Source of the DNA: Nitrospirota bacterium | Lineage (GTDB): Bacteria > JACPQY01 | Reading direction: 5' to 3' | Length of the DNA stretch: 64,000 nt | NCBI GenBank assembly: GCA_016190245.1 | Contig: JACPQY010000024.1 | Location: 121,620 to 185,619 of the forward strand | The notes under the pieces: generated by a model | Databases searched by the model: none | The model's input: the letters and a program-made list of their open reading frames with translations, nothing else | What the model was told of the DNA's origin: nothing | Program-made: the position numbers and the translations under genes | Part shown: piece by piece, positions 10,173 through 18,106 of the stretch | Position numbering within the stretch: position 1 is the stretch's first letter | How the letters are laid out: the number at the start of each line of letters is the position of its first letter

Positions 10173-10355
10173 TCAAGACGCGTGCCGCCAGGTCCACCGC
10201 ATAGGGCCATCGGACACGAAATCGTATCGGGAGCTTGAGCTGGAGCCTCCCTGGAGTCGCTCGGCCAGCCAAAGCTTGATGATGGTTTGGCGGGTCACGC
10301 CCAAGCGCCTCGCCTCCCGGTCAAGGGACTGCACCCTCCAGGTGGGGAAGTCCAC
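10173..10355 (-). pseudogene. BrnA/CopG-family antitoxin C-terminal fragment (no plausible N-terminus)
   Basis: The minus-strand 60-aa ORF encodes ...SLDREARRLGVTRQTIIKLWLAERL, matching the C-terminal RHH region of BrnA-like antitoxins (compare the intact brnA at 21861..22166). There is no partner toxin and no N-terminal region. Confidence 0.35.
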
Positions 10356-11108
10356 TTTGACCCACTATTCCTGCCCGGGCCCGCGGGCCTTGGAACGGTC
10401 CAGAGCCTTAGCCATGTCCTCCCCTCGCTCAAAACGCCTGTCAAATTCCTTCGCTTTCATGGATCTCCATTCCCTCCTTTCGAGAGCGCCTCACGCGAAT
10501 CAGGCGCACTTTTTCGCCGCGATACGAACGACGCCCCCTCCGAATTCGCCCAACGCGTGGACCGCGAGGCCCAGCGCCGCGGCTTCGACCAAGCCCCACG
10601 TCAGGCCGTCCTGGGCGACGGCGCGCCGTGGATCTGGAACGTGGCCGACGAACAATTCCCCGGCGCCGTCCAGATCGTCGATCTCTACCACGCCAAGGGG
10701 CACCTCTCGGACGTGGCCAAGGCCAACTACGGACCGGGCAGCCACGTGGGCGCCCAGTGGGCCGAGCAGCGACACGACGAACTGGACAAGGGTGAGATGG
10801 ACGCCTTGCTGCAAGCCCTGCGCGTCCATGCCGACGCCACCGACGCGGCACGCCAGTGCCTGGACTACGTCACTCGCAACCGGAGCCGCATGCGCTACCC
10901 GGAGTTCCGCGCCCATGGCCTGTGCGTCTCCACCGGCGTCGTCGAAGCGGGCTGCAAGGTGGCCAGCGGAACGCGCCTCAAGCGCGCCGGGATGCACTGG
11001 ACCGTCGCCGGGGCCGACGCCATCATCGCCCTGCGCTGCTGCAAGTTGAGCGGCCGGTTCGAAGACTTCTGGGGACGACGATCAGCGGCGGCGGTCGCCC
11101 GCCGCTGA
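10287..11108 (+). mobile_element. ISKra4-family transposase remnant (C-terminal ~195 aa only; N-terminal two-thirds missing)
   Basis: From about 10520 the frame reads ...AVLGDGAPWIWNVADEQFPGAVQIVDLYHAKGHL...RMRYPEFRAHGLCVSTGVVEAGCKVASGTRLKRAGMHWTVAGADAIIALRCCKLSGRFEDFW, which is the conserved C-terminus of ISKra4-like DDE transposases. The upstream part of the ORF (10287-10520) is P/G-rich non-homologous sequence. No intact N-terminal region or inverted repeats were seen. Confidence 0.6.
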
Positions 11109-11142
11109 TGGGAGTATCTCACAAGTTTATCGTGCACCCCCA

Positions 11143-11285
11143 CTGACTCCTGACTGACCAGCCAAGGACGATGCCGTTCCAAGGATGACTGACGGTACCT
11201 GGAGCGCCACGAAGGCTGCGGAGGGTGCGGTACCCGCCGCAACAAACCGAGCCGGATGCGAGGTAGAGGTACGGAAGGGTACTTT
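11143..11285. repeat. Direct repeat A (left copy) bracketing the MTase-helicase cassette
   Basis: The 28-mer ctgactcctgactgaccagccaaggacg (11143-11170) is identical to 21463-21490. The tail ggtgcggtacccgccgcaacaaaccgagccggatgcgaggtagaggtacggaagggtacttt matches 21560-21620 with a few substitutions. The ~50-bp core between them diverges but keeps a ccaagga/tccttgg hairpin. Confidence 0.8.
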
Positions 11286-11323
11286 TGACACCTTCCCACT
11301 GATCTTCTACTCTCCGGCTTGCA

Positions 11324-14300
11324 ATGGCCGAACGAGTGGAGCGACAGCAAGCCATATCGGAAATTCTAAGGAATCTTCACCAAACCAAAGCTAATGGGCT
11401 GAAGCAACTCTTCTGGACGGAGCTCAACTACAGCCAGGAAAACAGGCCGTTGAGCCCGCGTCCGTGGCCCGCGAGCGCCACGGAATCCCTGGATGATGAT
11501 CCGGTTCTGTTCGCCACCGGCGGCGAGGAGGGCGCGTTCCACGTCGTCTACGCGCGACTGTCCGGCGATACCCTCTCCCGCGGAGCGGAACGCCCCATCG
11601 TCAACCAACTCCTGCGCGACCATCCTTACGCGCTGTTCGTCTTCTCGAACAAGAGCCAATCGGCCTGGCATCTCCTGAATGTGAAGTATGACGACGCCGT
11701 GGAAAAGCGGCGCCTAATCCGCCGCATCTCGATTCGGGCCGGCGAGGGATTGCGGACCGCGGCAGAGCGCATGGCCTTGCTGGACCTTCAAGCCGTAAGC
11801 CCGAACCTCGTCGGGCTTTCGCCGCTCGCGATTCAACAGCGCCACGACGATGCGTTCGATGTGGAAAAGGTCACCAAGGACTTCTATCGCGAAATCGCCG
11901 ACTGGTACTTCTGGGCCATCGGGTGCGATCAGTTGTCCTACCCCCCGGACGTCCACCGGGACGACGAGAAAGCCCTTTTCCTGATCCGACTCCTCACCCG
12001 CCTGATCTTTTGCTGGTTCCTGCGGGAAAAGCGCAATCCGCGGACCGGGGAGGGCCTGATTCCTGACCCTATTTTCGATCCGCGTGGGATTGCCGGGTAC
12101 CTGAAAAACCCTTCTCCGGATTCCTGCTCCTACTATACGGCCATCCTCCAGAACCTCTTCTTCGCCACGCTGAATACTGAGATGGACCCACCCGCCGAGG
12201 AGGACAAGACTGGGCGACCACCGGAGCGCCGATTCGCGAAGGGGGCCGGCGATCACATGATTCACACCTTTTGGCGGCATAAGGACGATCTGCGCGACCC
12301 CGACGCGCTGACCCGCCTTCTACGCGGAATTCCGTTCCTGAACGGGGGTCTGTTCGAGTGTCTCGATGAACGGGAAGAAAAGGGGAGGTCGCCCTATACG
12401 AAGGAATTTCGCGTGGACGGTTTCTCGACCGATCCCGAGAAGCAGCCGAGACTGCCCAATTTCCTCTTCTATGGGCCGGGTCGGACGGCGGATCTCTCCG
12501 GCCCGTACGGCGATTCGACCCGGCGTCGCCAGACCGTCACCCCCATTCTGGAGATCCTGCGCCGGTACAACTTCACTCTCACCGAAAACACACCCTTCGA
12601 CCAGGAAGTGGCCCTCGATCCGGAACTGCTCGGGCACGTGTTCGAAAACCTCTTGGCCGCATACAACCCGGAAACGGAAACAGTAGCCCGCAATGCCACC
12701 GGCTCCTTCTACACCCCCCGAGTGGTGGTGGATTGGATGGTCGATCAGGCGATCACGGCGCGATTTGCCGGCGCCCTGAAGAATGGATCTCCCCTCGTGG
12801 GTGACCGGACGGAGAGAATTCGAAAACTCCTTTCATGGGAACACACGGATCACGATTTCAGCCCGCAGGAAACCGAAGTGCTGATCGACGCGATCGACAA
12901 CCTCAAGGCTCTCGATCCCGCCTGCGGCTCCGGCGCTTTCCCCATGGGCCTGCTCCAGAAGCTGGTCCATGTCCTGAAAAAGCTGGACCCCGAGAACAAG
13001 GCGTGGCGGAAGCGTCAGGAGGACAAGGCGAGGCAAATCGAGAGCAGCCCGACCCGCGAGGAAGCGCTCAAGGCCGTCGAACGCGCGTTCGCCCGCGACA
13101 ACGACGACTATGGCCGCAAGCTCTATCTCATCGAGAACTGCCTGTACGGCGTGGATATCCAACCCATCGCCGTCCAGATCGCCAAACTTCGGTTTTTCAT
13201 CTCGCTCGTGGTGGATCAGGCCATCGATCCGAAGGAGGAGAACTACGGCATCCTCCCCCTGCCGAACCTGGAAACGAAGATTGTGGCGGCTAACACTCTC
13301 GTCGGGCTGAAGCGGGGTCAACTCACCCTCCGCACGGGAAACGTCGAACGTCTCGAACAGGAGCTCAAACAGATTCGGCACGATTACTTCACCGCGAGAA
13401 TCTACAAGGAGAAGAAAAAGCTGCGGGCGCGGGACCGCGTCCTGTGCGGAGAGCTGGCCGAGGAGCTGGCGAAGTCCGGCGAGTTTACGACGCATGACGC
13501 CAAGCGGCTGGCCGAGTGGAATCCGTACAAGGCCAACGAGCCGGCCACCTTTTTCGATCCAACCTGGATGTTCGGCCTGACGTCCAACAAAACCGATGGA
13601 GTGTTCGATCTCGTCATCGGAAATCCTCCCTACGTTCGGCAGGAGGAACTCAAGAGCCGGATGGCCGTAGGGAGCGATGGGAAGGAGCGTCCGCTCAAGG
13701 ACGTCCTGAAAGAGCAGTACGAATGTTACGTGGGCACGGCCGATCTCTACGTCTACTTCTTCGAACGGTCCCTGCAACTGCTACGAATGGGCGGGATTCT
13801 GAGCTTCATCACGAGCAACAAGTATTTCAGGGCGGCGTATGGGGAACCCCTCCGGAGGTATCTCGCGTATGCCACGCGGCCGGCGGCGGCCCTCGATTTC
13901 GGCGAGGCTCCCGTTTTCACCTCGATCGTTGAACCAGCCATCCTCGTGGCGGAGAAGACACGACACATCAGCAAGGCGGAAGCGAAGCTGCCGGACTCTC
14001 TGGATGCGTATCCGCCGCCGGGGGACTGGAAATCCCGCGTTCTCACGTGGGTGCCAGCCAAGGATGGTGCGGCACCCCGCCAAGAAGGTCGGCCAGGAAG
14101 GTCGACGAAAGTAAGCGGGGCGCCGGGACCGGACTTCAGGGAGTTTCCGGAGATCTTCGAGCAGAAGGCCCAGGCCCTGCCACAGCGGGAGTTGAAACCG
14201 GACGGGTGGCGATTTGAAAGTCCGCTCAAACTCCGCCTCCTCGAACGATTGAAGAAGACGGGCACTCCGCTGGGCAACTACGTGAAGGGGCGGTTCTATT

Positions 14301-14725
14301 ACGGCATCAAGACCGGACTGAACGAGGCGTTTGTCGTGGACCGCGCCACGCGCGACCGCCTGATTGACGAGCACCCCTCATCGAAGGAAATCCTCAAACC
14401 CTTCCTCCGCGGCCGGGATGTGAAACGCTGGCGGTGCGAATTCGATGATCGGTATTTGATCAAGATTGAATCGTCGAAAAATGTGCATCACCCTTGGTCC
14501 GGGAAGCCGAAAAAGGAGGCCGAGAAAGTATTCGAAAAGACCTATCCGGCCGTTCACGGTTTTTTCGACGCAAAGAGGCAACCCCTCATCAAGCGATATG
14601 ACCAAGGGGAATACTTCTGGGAACTAAGATCGTGCGCCTACTGGCGGGAATTCGAGCAGCCGAAGATTTTGTACCCGGACATCTACGATCATCAGAGCTT
14701 TGCCTGGGACAGTGAAGGCTTCTAG
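11324..14725 (+). CDS. Eco57I/MmeI-type (type IIG/IIL, gamma-class) N6-adenine DNA methyltransferase with ~330-aa N-terminal domain and start of a TaqI_C-like target-recognition domain; terminated by an in-frame TAG inside that domain
   Basis: 1133 aa. Motif I is LDPACGSGAFPMGLLQKL, motif IV is VIGNPPYVRQ, and FITSNKYFRAAYGEPLRRYL plus ENCLYGVDIQPIAVQIAKLRFFISLV are typical of the Eco57I/PglX family. The C-terminal part (...AFVVDRATRDRLIDEH...KILYPDIYDHQSFAWDSEGF) is the first half of a TaqI_C-type specificity domain. The stop is TAG at 14723-14725. Confidence 0.85.
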   Translation: MAERVERQQAISEILRNLHQTKANGLKQLFWTELNYSQENRPLSPRPWPASATESLDDDPVLFATGGEEGAFHVVYARLSGDTLSRGAERPIVNQLLRDHPYALFVFSNKSQSAWHLLNVKYDDAVEKRRLIRRISIRAGEGLRTAAERMALLDLQAVSPNLVGLSPLAIQQRHDDAFDVEKVTKDFYREIADWYFWAIGCDQLSYPPDVHRDDEKALFLIRLLTRLIFCWFLREKRNPRTGEGLIPDPIFDPRGIAGYLKNPSPDSCSYYTAILQNLFFATLNTEMDPPAEEDKTGRPPERRFAKGAGDHMIHTFWRHKDDLRDPDALTRLLRGIPFLNGGLFECLDEREEKGRSPYTKEFRVDGFSTDPEKQPRLPNFLFYGPGRTADLSGPYGDSTRRRQTVTPILEILRRYNFTLTENTPFDQEVALDPELLGHVFENLLAAYNPETETVARNATGSFYTPRVVVDWMVDQAITARFAGALKNGSPLVGDRTERIRKLLSWEHTDHDFSPQETEVLIDAIDNLKALDPACGSGAFPMGLLQKLVHVLKKLDPENKAWRKRQEDKARQIESSPTREEALKAVERAFARDNDDYGRKLYLIENCLYGVDIQPIAVQIAKLRFFISLVVDQAIDPKEENYGILPLPNLETKIVAANTLVGLKRGQLTLRTGNVERLEQELKQIRHDYFTARIYKEKKKLRARDRVLCGELAEELAKSGEFTTHDAKRLAEWNPYKANEPATFFDPTWMFGLTSNKTDGVFDLVIGNPPYVRQEELKSRMAVGSDGKERPLKDVLKEQYECYVGTADLYVYFFERSLQLLRMGGILSFITSNKYFRAAYGEPLRRYLAYATRPAAALDFGEAPVFTSIVEPAILVAEKTRHISKAEAKLPDSLDAYPPPGDWKSRVLTWVPAKDGAAPRQEGRPGRSTKVSGAPGPDFREFPEIFEQKAQALPQRELKPDGWRFESPLKLRLLERLKKTGTPLGNYVKGRFYYGIKTGLNEAFVVDRATRDRLIDEHPSSKEILKPFLRGRDVKRWRCEFDDRYLIKIESSKNVHHPWSGKPKKEAEKVFEKTYPAVHGFFDAKRQPLIKRYDQGEYFWELRSCAYWREFEQPKILYPDIYDHQSFAWDSEGF

Positions 14726-14728
14726 TCC

Positions 14729-15259
14729 GTGAATACGACCTATTTTATTCCTACCACTGAGAAATGGCTCGCCGGGCTTCTGAATTCTCCGTGCGTCGAG
14801 TGGTTCTATTCCCAAATCGCCAACCGAGTGCGTGGAGGCTACATGCGCGCCTTCTCCGACTACATGAAGCAGGTCCCTATTCCAACCCTCTCTCCGAACC
14901 AACAACAATCCTGCGAGCGGCTGACCGAAGCGTTGATCTGGCTTCATTCCCCCCGAGTATCGAAGAAGACGACCGAAGCGCCGGTCGGCATGATGCAGGC
15001 GTATTTCGAGCAATGGCTCAACGGCCTCGTGTACGAACTCTTCTTCCCCGCCGAGCTCCACGCCCGGAAACTGACCCTCTTCGATGAAACCGCCAAGCTG
15101 AACCTCCCGGACCTCGCAGAAATTCCGGAGGCGCAGAAACTCCCCCGCCTCCGGGAATCGTTCGAGTCCGCCTACGACACCAACTCCCCCCTCCGCGCCA
15201 TGCTCTTCGACCTCCATTCCATTGAAGAAGTCCGCGTGATCGAGGAACGGACCGAATGA
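14729..15259 (+). CDS. Continuation of the methyltransferase specificity (TaqI_C-like) domain plus C-terminal tail, in the same frame as 11324..14725 and separated only by TAG + one codon
   Basis: Same reading frame (11324 and 14729 are both congruent to 2 mod 3). It begins SVNTTYFIPTTEKWLAGLLNSPCVEWFYSQIANRVRGGYMRAFSDYMKQVPIP, the second half of the TaqI_C consensus (..LLalLNSkl.ewyf...lrggy.rf...yl..lPIP), which is normally contiguous with the preceding ...FAWDSEGF segment. Confidence 0.6.
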   Translation: MNTTYFIPTTEKWLAGLLNSPCVEWFYSQIANRVRGGYMRAFSDYMKQVPIPTLSPNQQQSCERLTEALIWLHSPRVSKKTTEAPVGMMQAYFEQWLNGLVYELFFPAELHARKLTLFDETAKLNLPDLAEIPEAQKLPRLRESFESAYDTNSPLRAMLFDLHSIEEVRVIEERTE

Positions 15260-15327
15260 GCCGTGGGACGAATATCCGTAACGGGTATTTTATAAGTATT
15301 TGAATATACACGATATTATTTGAGATC

Positions 15328-15356
15328 TTGACAGCATTAATATATATGTTAATAAT
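15328..15356 (+). promoter_or_regulatory. AT-rich promoter (TTGACA-17 nt-AATAAT) with a partial dyad (attaata...taataat), likely the operator of the TA(C) operon
   Basis: TTGACA at 15328-15333 and AATAAT at 15351-15356. A 150-bp AT-rich gap (15260-15409) sits between GC-rich genes. The toxin ATG is at 15410. Confidence 0.45.
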
Positions 15357-15409
15357 GCCGATTCTAGTGGTGGAAGTACAGCAGGAATCGGTGCGCCAAG
15401 GAGCGGGGC

Positions 15410-15742
15410 ATGCCACTTCGGCAGGTCGCCTTCGGAAAACAGGGCACCGTAGCTGAATACGTACGAAGTGGTGGCCGATGTCCGGCGCGCGTTTTCTTGG
15501 ACTGGTGCCAAAAGCCGATGCGGGACAAGTTTGACGATGCGTTCGTTGCCCTCGTGAGAATGGGAGCAAGTTACGTCAACCAAGAACGATTCTGGCTCTT
15601 ACATGGGCATGGAAAACCCCTGTGGGAGTTCAAAGAACACCACCACAGACTCTACTGTGCCAGAGAGCAGGTTGGACCGGCTGTGAGGGTGATTCTTCTA
15701 CATGGGTGGAAAAAACAGAAGGAAGGTGGGACCAAAGAATAG
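15410..15742 (+). CDS. higB: RelE/HigB-superfamily toxin, phage Gp49-like (DUF891) family
   Basis: 110 aa. ...LWEFKEHHHRLYCAREQVGPAVRVILLHGWKKQ matches the Gp49-like/HigB toxin family signature. It is followed by an XRE-HTH gene in toxin-first (HigBA) order. Confidence 0.7.
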   Translation: MPLRQVAFGKQGTVAEYVRSGGRCPARVFLDWCQKPMRDKFDDAFVALVRMGASYVNQERFWLLHGHGKPLWEFKEHHHRLYCAREQVGPAVRVILLHGWKKQKEGGTKE

Positions 15743-15819
15743 GACCAAGAAATTCGGAAAGCTTTGAACTTATACATAGAGTTTCAGCAAGAAGAAAAAA
15801 TGATCGGAAAGGAGGAAGT

Positions 15820-16257
15820 ATGGAGAAGACTAAGCCATTGAGTCGTTCCCCCGCTCTAACCCGCCGGGATCTGGAAAGGGCTGAGGGTGTGGCCATCGCC
15901 ATGGCGCAGGCCACGATCCAAAATGCAATGGATGGCGCGAATATCACGAAGGCCGAGCTTGCCAGGAGACTTCGCAAGAAGCCTCCCTATATTACGCGCA
16001 TGATGCAAAGCGATCACAATTTGACAATCAGAACGTTTTCCGGCGCACTCGCGGTATGCGGATTTGAGGTGGACTTCGAGTTGGCTCCGCTCGGTCAGAG
16101 CTGGTCGCTCGCACCGGTCCAACGTACCTTCTACCGATCACGACCTCAAGCAAGCGTGACGCCTCCCATTTTGGGGGGCGTTCCTACGTGGTCGGCAAGA
16201 CCCGACTTCGCGGGAACGCTCCCCTTGGTTGGTTCGCTGGATTCGAGAGGAGATTAG
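15820..16257 (+). CDS. higA: XRE-family HTH antitoxin (HigA-like) with ~50-aa C-terminal extension (candidate chaperone-addiction region)
   Basis: ATG at 15820 is preceded by ggagga. HTH is ITKAELARRLRKKPPYITRMMQSDHNLTIRTFSGALAVCGFEV. The C-terminal tail QSWSLAPVQRTFYRSRPQASVTPPILGGVPTWSARPDFAGTLPLVGSLDSRGD is absent from plain HigA proteins. The 3-prime end overlaps the next gene by 29 nt. Confidence 0.7.
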   Translation: MEKTKPLSRSPALTRRDLERAEGVAIAMAQATIQNAMDGANITKAELARRLRKKPPYITRMMQSDHNLTIRTFSGALAVCGFEVDFELAPLGQSWSLAPVQRTFYRSRPQASVTPPILGGVPTWSARPDFAGTLPLVGSLDSRGD

Positions 16258-16759
16258 CGTGGCCGAGGATATCGATCTAGGAACGGTTGCCAAGATTGCG
16301 CGACGAGCGCGTCTGCTGGACATACAACTCGCTTTACTACAGGCAACCACTCAATCACGGCCGGGGGGCGAACTTGTTCCAGCACATAAAGTGTCTTCCG
16401 TCCTGCTTGGTCGAAAGGACTCCGGCGCCGTCATTGCCTCCTCATTCGCATTCACGGTTACCGTTGGTCAGGCTCAAGTCGCTGAAGTCAGCATGACATT
16501 CCACTTGGTGTATGAATTCGAAGGCCAAGATCCTCTATCGGACGACGACATCGGCCATTTCGCCAGAGGGAACGGAACGTACCACGCATGGCCCTACATG
16601 AGGGAAATGTTGAGCAATCTCCTCCCGCGTATGGGCTTCCCCCCCTTTACCCTTCCCGTTCTTGTATTCGGACAGCCTCAGCGGCAAGCACCTCAATCTG
16701 AAACGAAACAGGATGGACCAAGGGACGATCAAACAGAGGTGAAGGAACCAACCGTATAA
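16229..16759 (+). CDS. SecB-like chaperone (TAC-system chaperone, SecB_TA-like)
   Basis: 176 aa. The C-terminal segment GNGTYHAWPYMREMLSNLLPRMGFPPFTLPVLVF parallels the SecB motif (..CPNILFPYARE.I..LV.RGGFP.L.L.PVNF). Gene order toxin-antitoxin-SecB matches M. tuberculosis Rv1955-1957. Confidence 0.6.
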   Translation: MVRWIREEISVAEDIDLGTVAKIARRARLLDIQLALLQATTQSRPGGELVPAHKVSSVLLGRKDSGAVIASSFAFTVTVGQAQVAEVSMTFHLVYEFEGQDPLSDDDIGHFARGNGTYHAWPYMREMLSNLLPRMGFPPFTLPVLVFGQPQRQAPQSETKQDGPRDDQTEVKEPTV

Positions 16760-16870
16760 GCAGATTCCCGCCGAGGCAAGGGTGGTCCGCCTTTGAGTCA
16801 AGAGAAGAATCGAACGGGCGATCCCGTTCAGTAACTTGCATTTTAACCATCAATCGGCTAAATATCAGCC

Positions 16871-18103
16871 GTGATTCAGCGGCATATCTCGGGGAACTTG
16901 GACGAGTCTCTGGCGGACACCCCGGTGGCGCTCCTGACGGGCGCCCGGCAGACGGGCAAAACGACTCTCGCCATGGAGTGGGCCGGCCGAAGAAAGGCCC
17001 GGTACTTCACACTCGATGAAGCCGCAACCCTGGCGGGAGCCGCCTCCGACCCGCAAGGATTCATCGAAAATCTCGAACAGCCGGCGGTCATCGACGAGGT
17101 TCAAAAGGTTCCGGCCCTGCTTCCCGCCATCAAACTCCGAGTGGATCGCGATCGTCGGCCAGGAATGTTCCTTCTCACGGGTTCGGCCAACGTCCTCACG
17201 CTCCCGAAGGTGTCGGAATCGCTGGCAGGAAGGATGGAGATCCACAGGCTCTGGCCCCTCTCACAAGGCGAAATTCATGGCCGACACGAAGACTTCATTG
17301 CCACCGCGTTCTCCAAAAGGCCCCCGCGGGCCGTTTCGAACGGACTCATCCCCCTCGCACGGCCCATTACGGTGGGAGGCTACCCTGAAGTCCAAAAACG
17401 CAAGGGGAACCGCTCGGCAGCATGGTTCGGCTCATACATCAGCGCCCTTCTTCAACGCGACGTGCGGGACCTGGCGCACGTGGAACGCCTCACGTCCATC
17501 CCCAATCTTTTGACGCTCCTCGCCACCCGCTCGGCGTGCCTCCTCAACACTTCCGACCTCACGCGCGACGCGCGCATCGCCAACTCAACGCTCAAACGAT
17601 ACCTCAGCCTCCTGGAGATGATTTTCATCGCCTATCGCCTGCCCGCATGGTCGGTCAACCTCGGCAAACGTCTGGTCAAAGCGCCCAAGCTGATGCTGTG
17701 CGATACGGGCCTGGCCTGCCACTTGCTGGGCGCGGATGAGAACCGCTTGAACGGGGACGCGACCCTGAAGGGCAGGCTGACGGAAAACTTCATTTCGAAT
17801 GAATTGCACAAGCAGGCCACCTGGTCCGCTGTGTCTGTCCGCATTTTCCACTTCCGTTCGGCGTCCGCGCAGGAAATCGATTTTATCCTGGAGGATACAC
17901 GGGGGCGAGTTGTCGCCATCGAGGTGAAAGCCTCGCACACCGTCCGGCCCGAGGATTTCCATCCCATGAGGGCCTTGGCCGAATCGTTGAAGTCCCGTTT
18001 CATCCGGGGCATTCTTCTGCATGACGGCCGGCAGGTTATTCCCCATGGGGCAAATCTCTGGTCCGCGCCGTTTTCGTGTTTGTGGTCCGCCGGAGAATCC
18101 TGA
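16871..18103 (+). CDS. AAA+ ATPase of the DUF4143/AAA_14 (COG1373-like) family
   Basis: 410 aa. Walker A is LLTGARQTGKTTL and Walker B-like is MFLLTGSANVL. The C-terminal DUF4143-like region ...IDFILEDTRGRVVAIEVKAS has the typical architecture of this widespread ATPase family. Confidence 0.8.
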   Translation: MIQRHISGNLDESLADTPVALLTGARQTGKTTLAMEWAGRRKARYFTLDEAATLAGAASDPQGFIENLEQPAVIDEVQKVPALLPAIKLRVDRDRRPGMFLLTGSANVLTLPKVSESLAGRMEIHRLWPLSQGEIHGRHEDFIATAFSKRPPRAVSNGLIPLARPITVGGYPEVQKRKGNRSAAWFGSYISALLQRDVRDLAHVERLTSIPNLLTLLATRSACLLNTSDLTRDARIANSTLKRYLSLLEMIFIAYRLPAWSVNLGKRLVKAPKLMLCDTGLACHLLGADENRLNGDATLKGRLTENFISNELHKQATWSAVSVRIFHFRSASAQEIDFILEDTRGRVVAIEVKASHTVRPEDFHPMRALAESLKSRFIRGILLHDGRQVIPHGANLWSAPFSCLWSAGES

Positions 18104-18106
18104 ACC

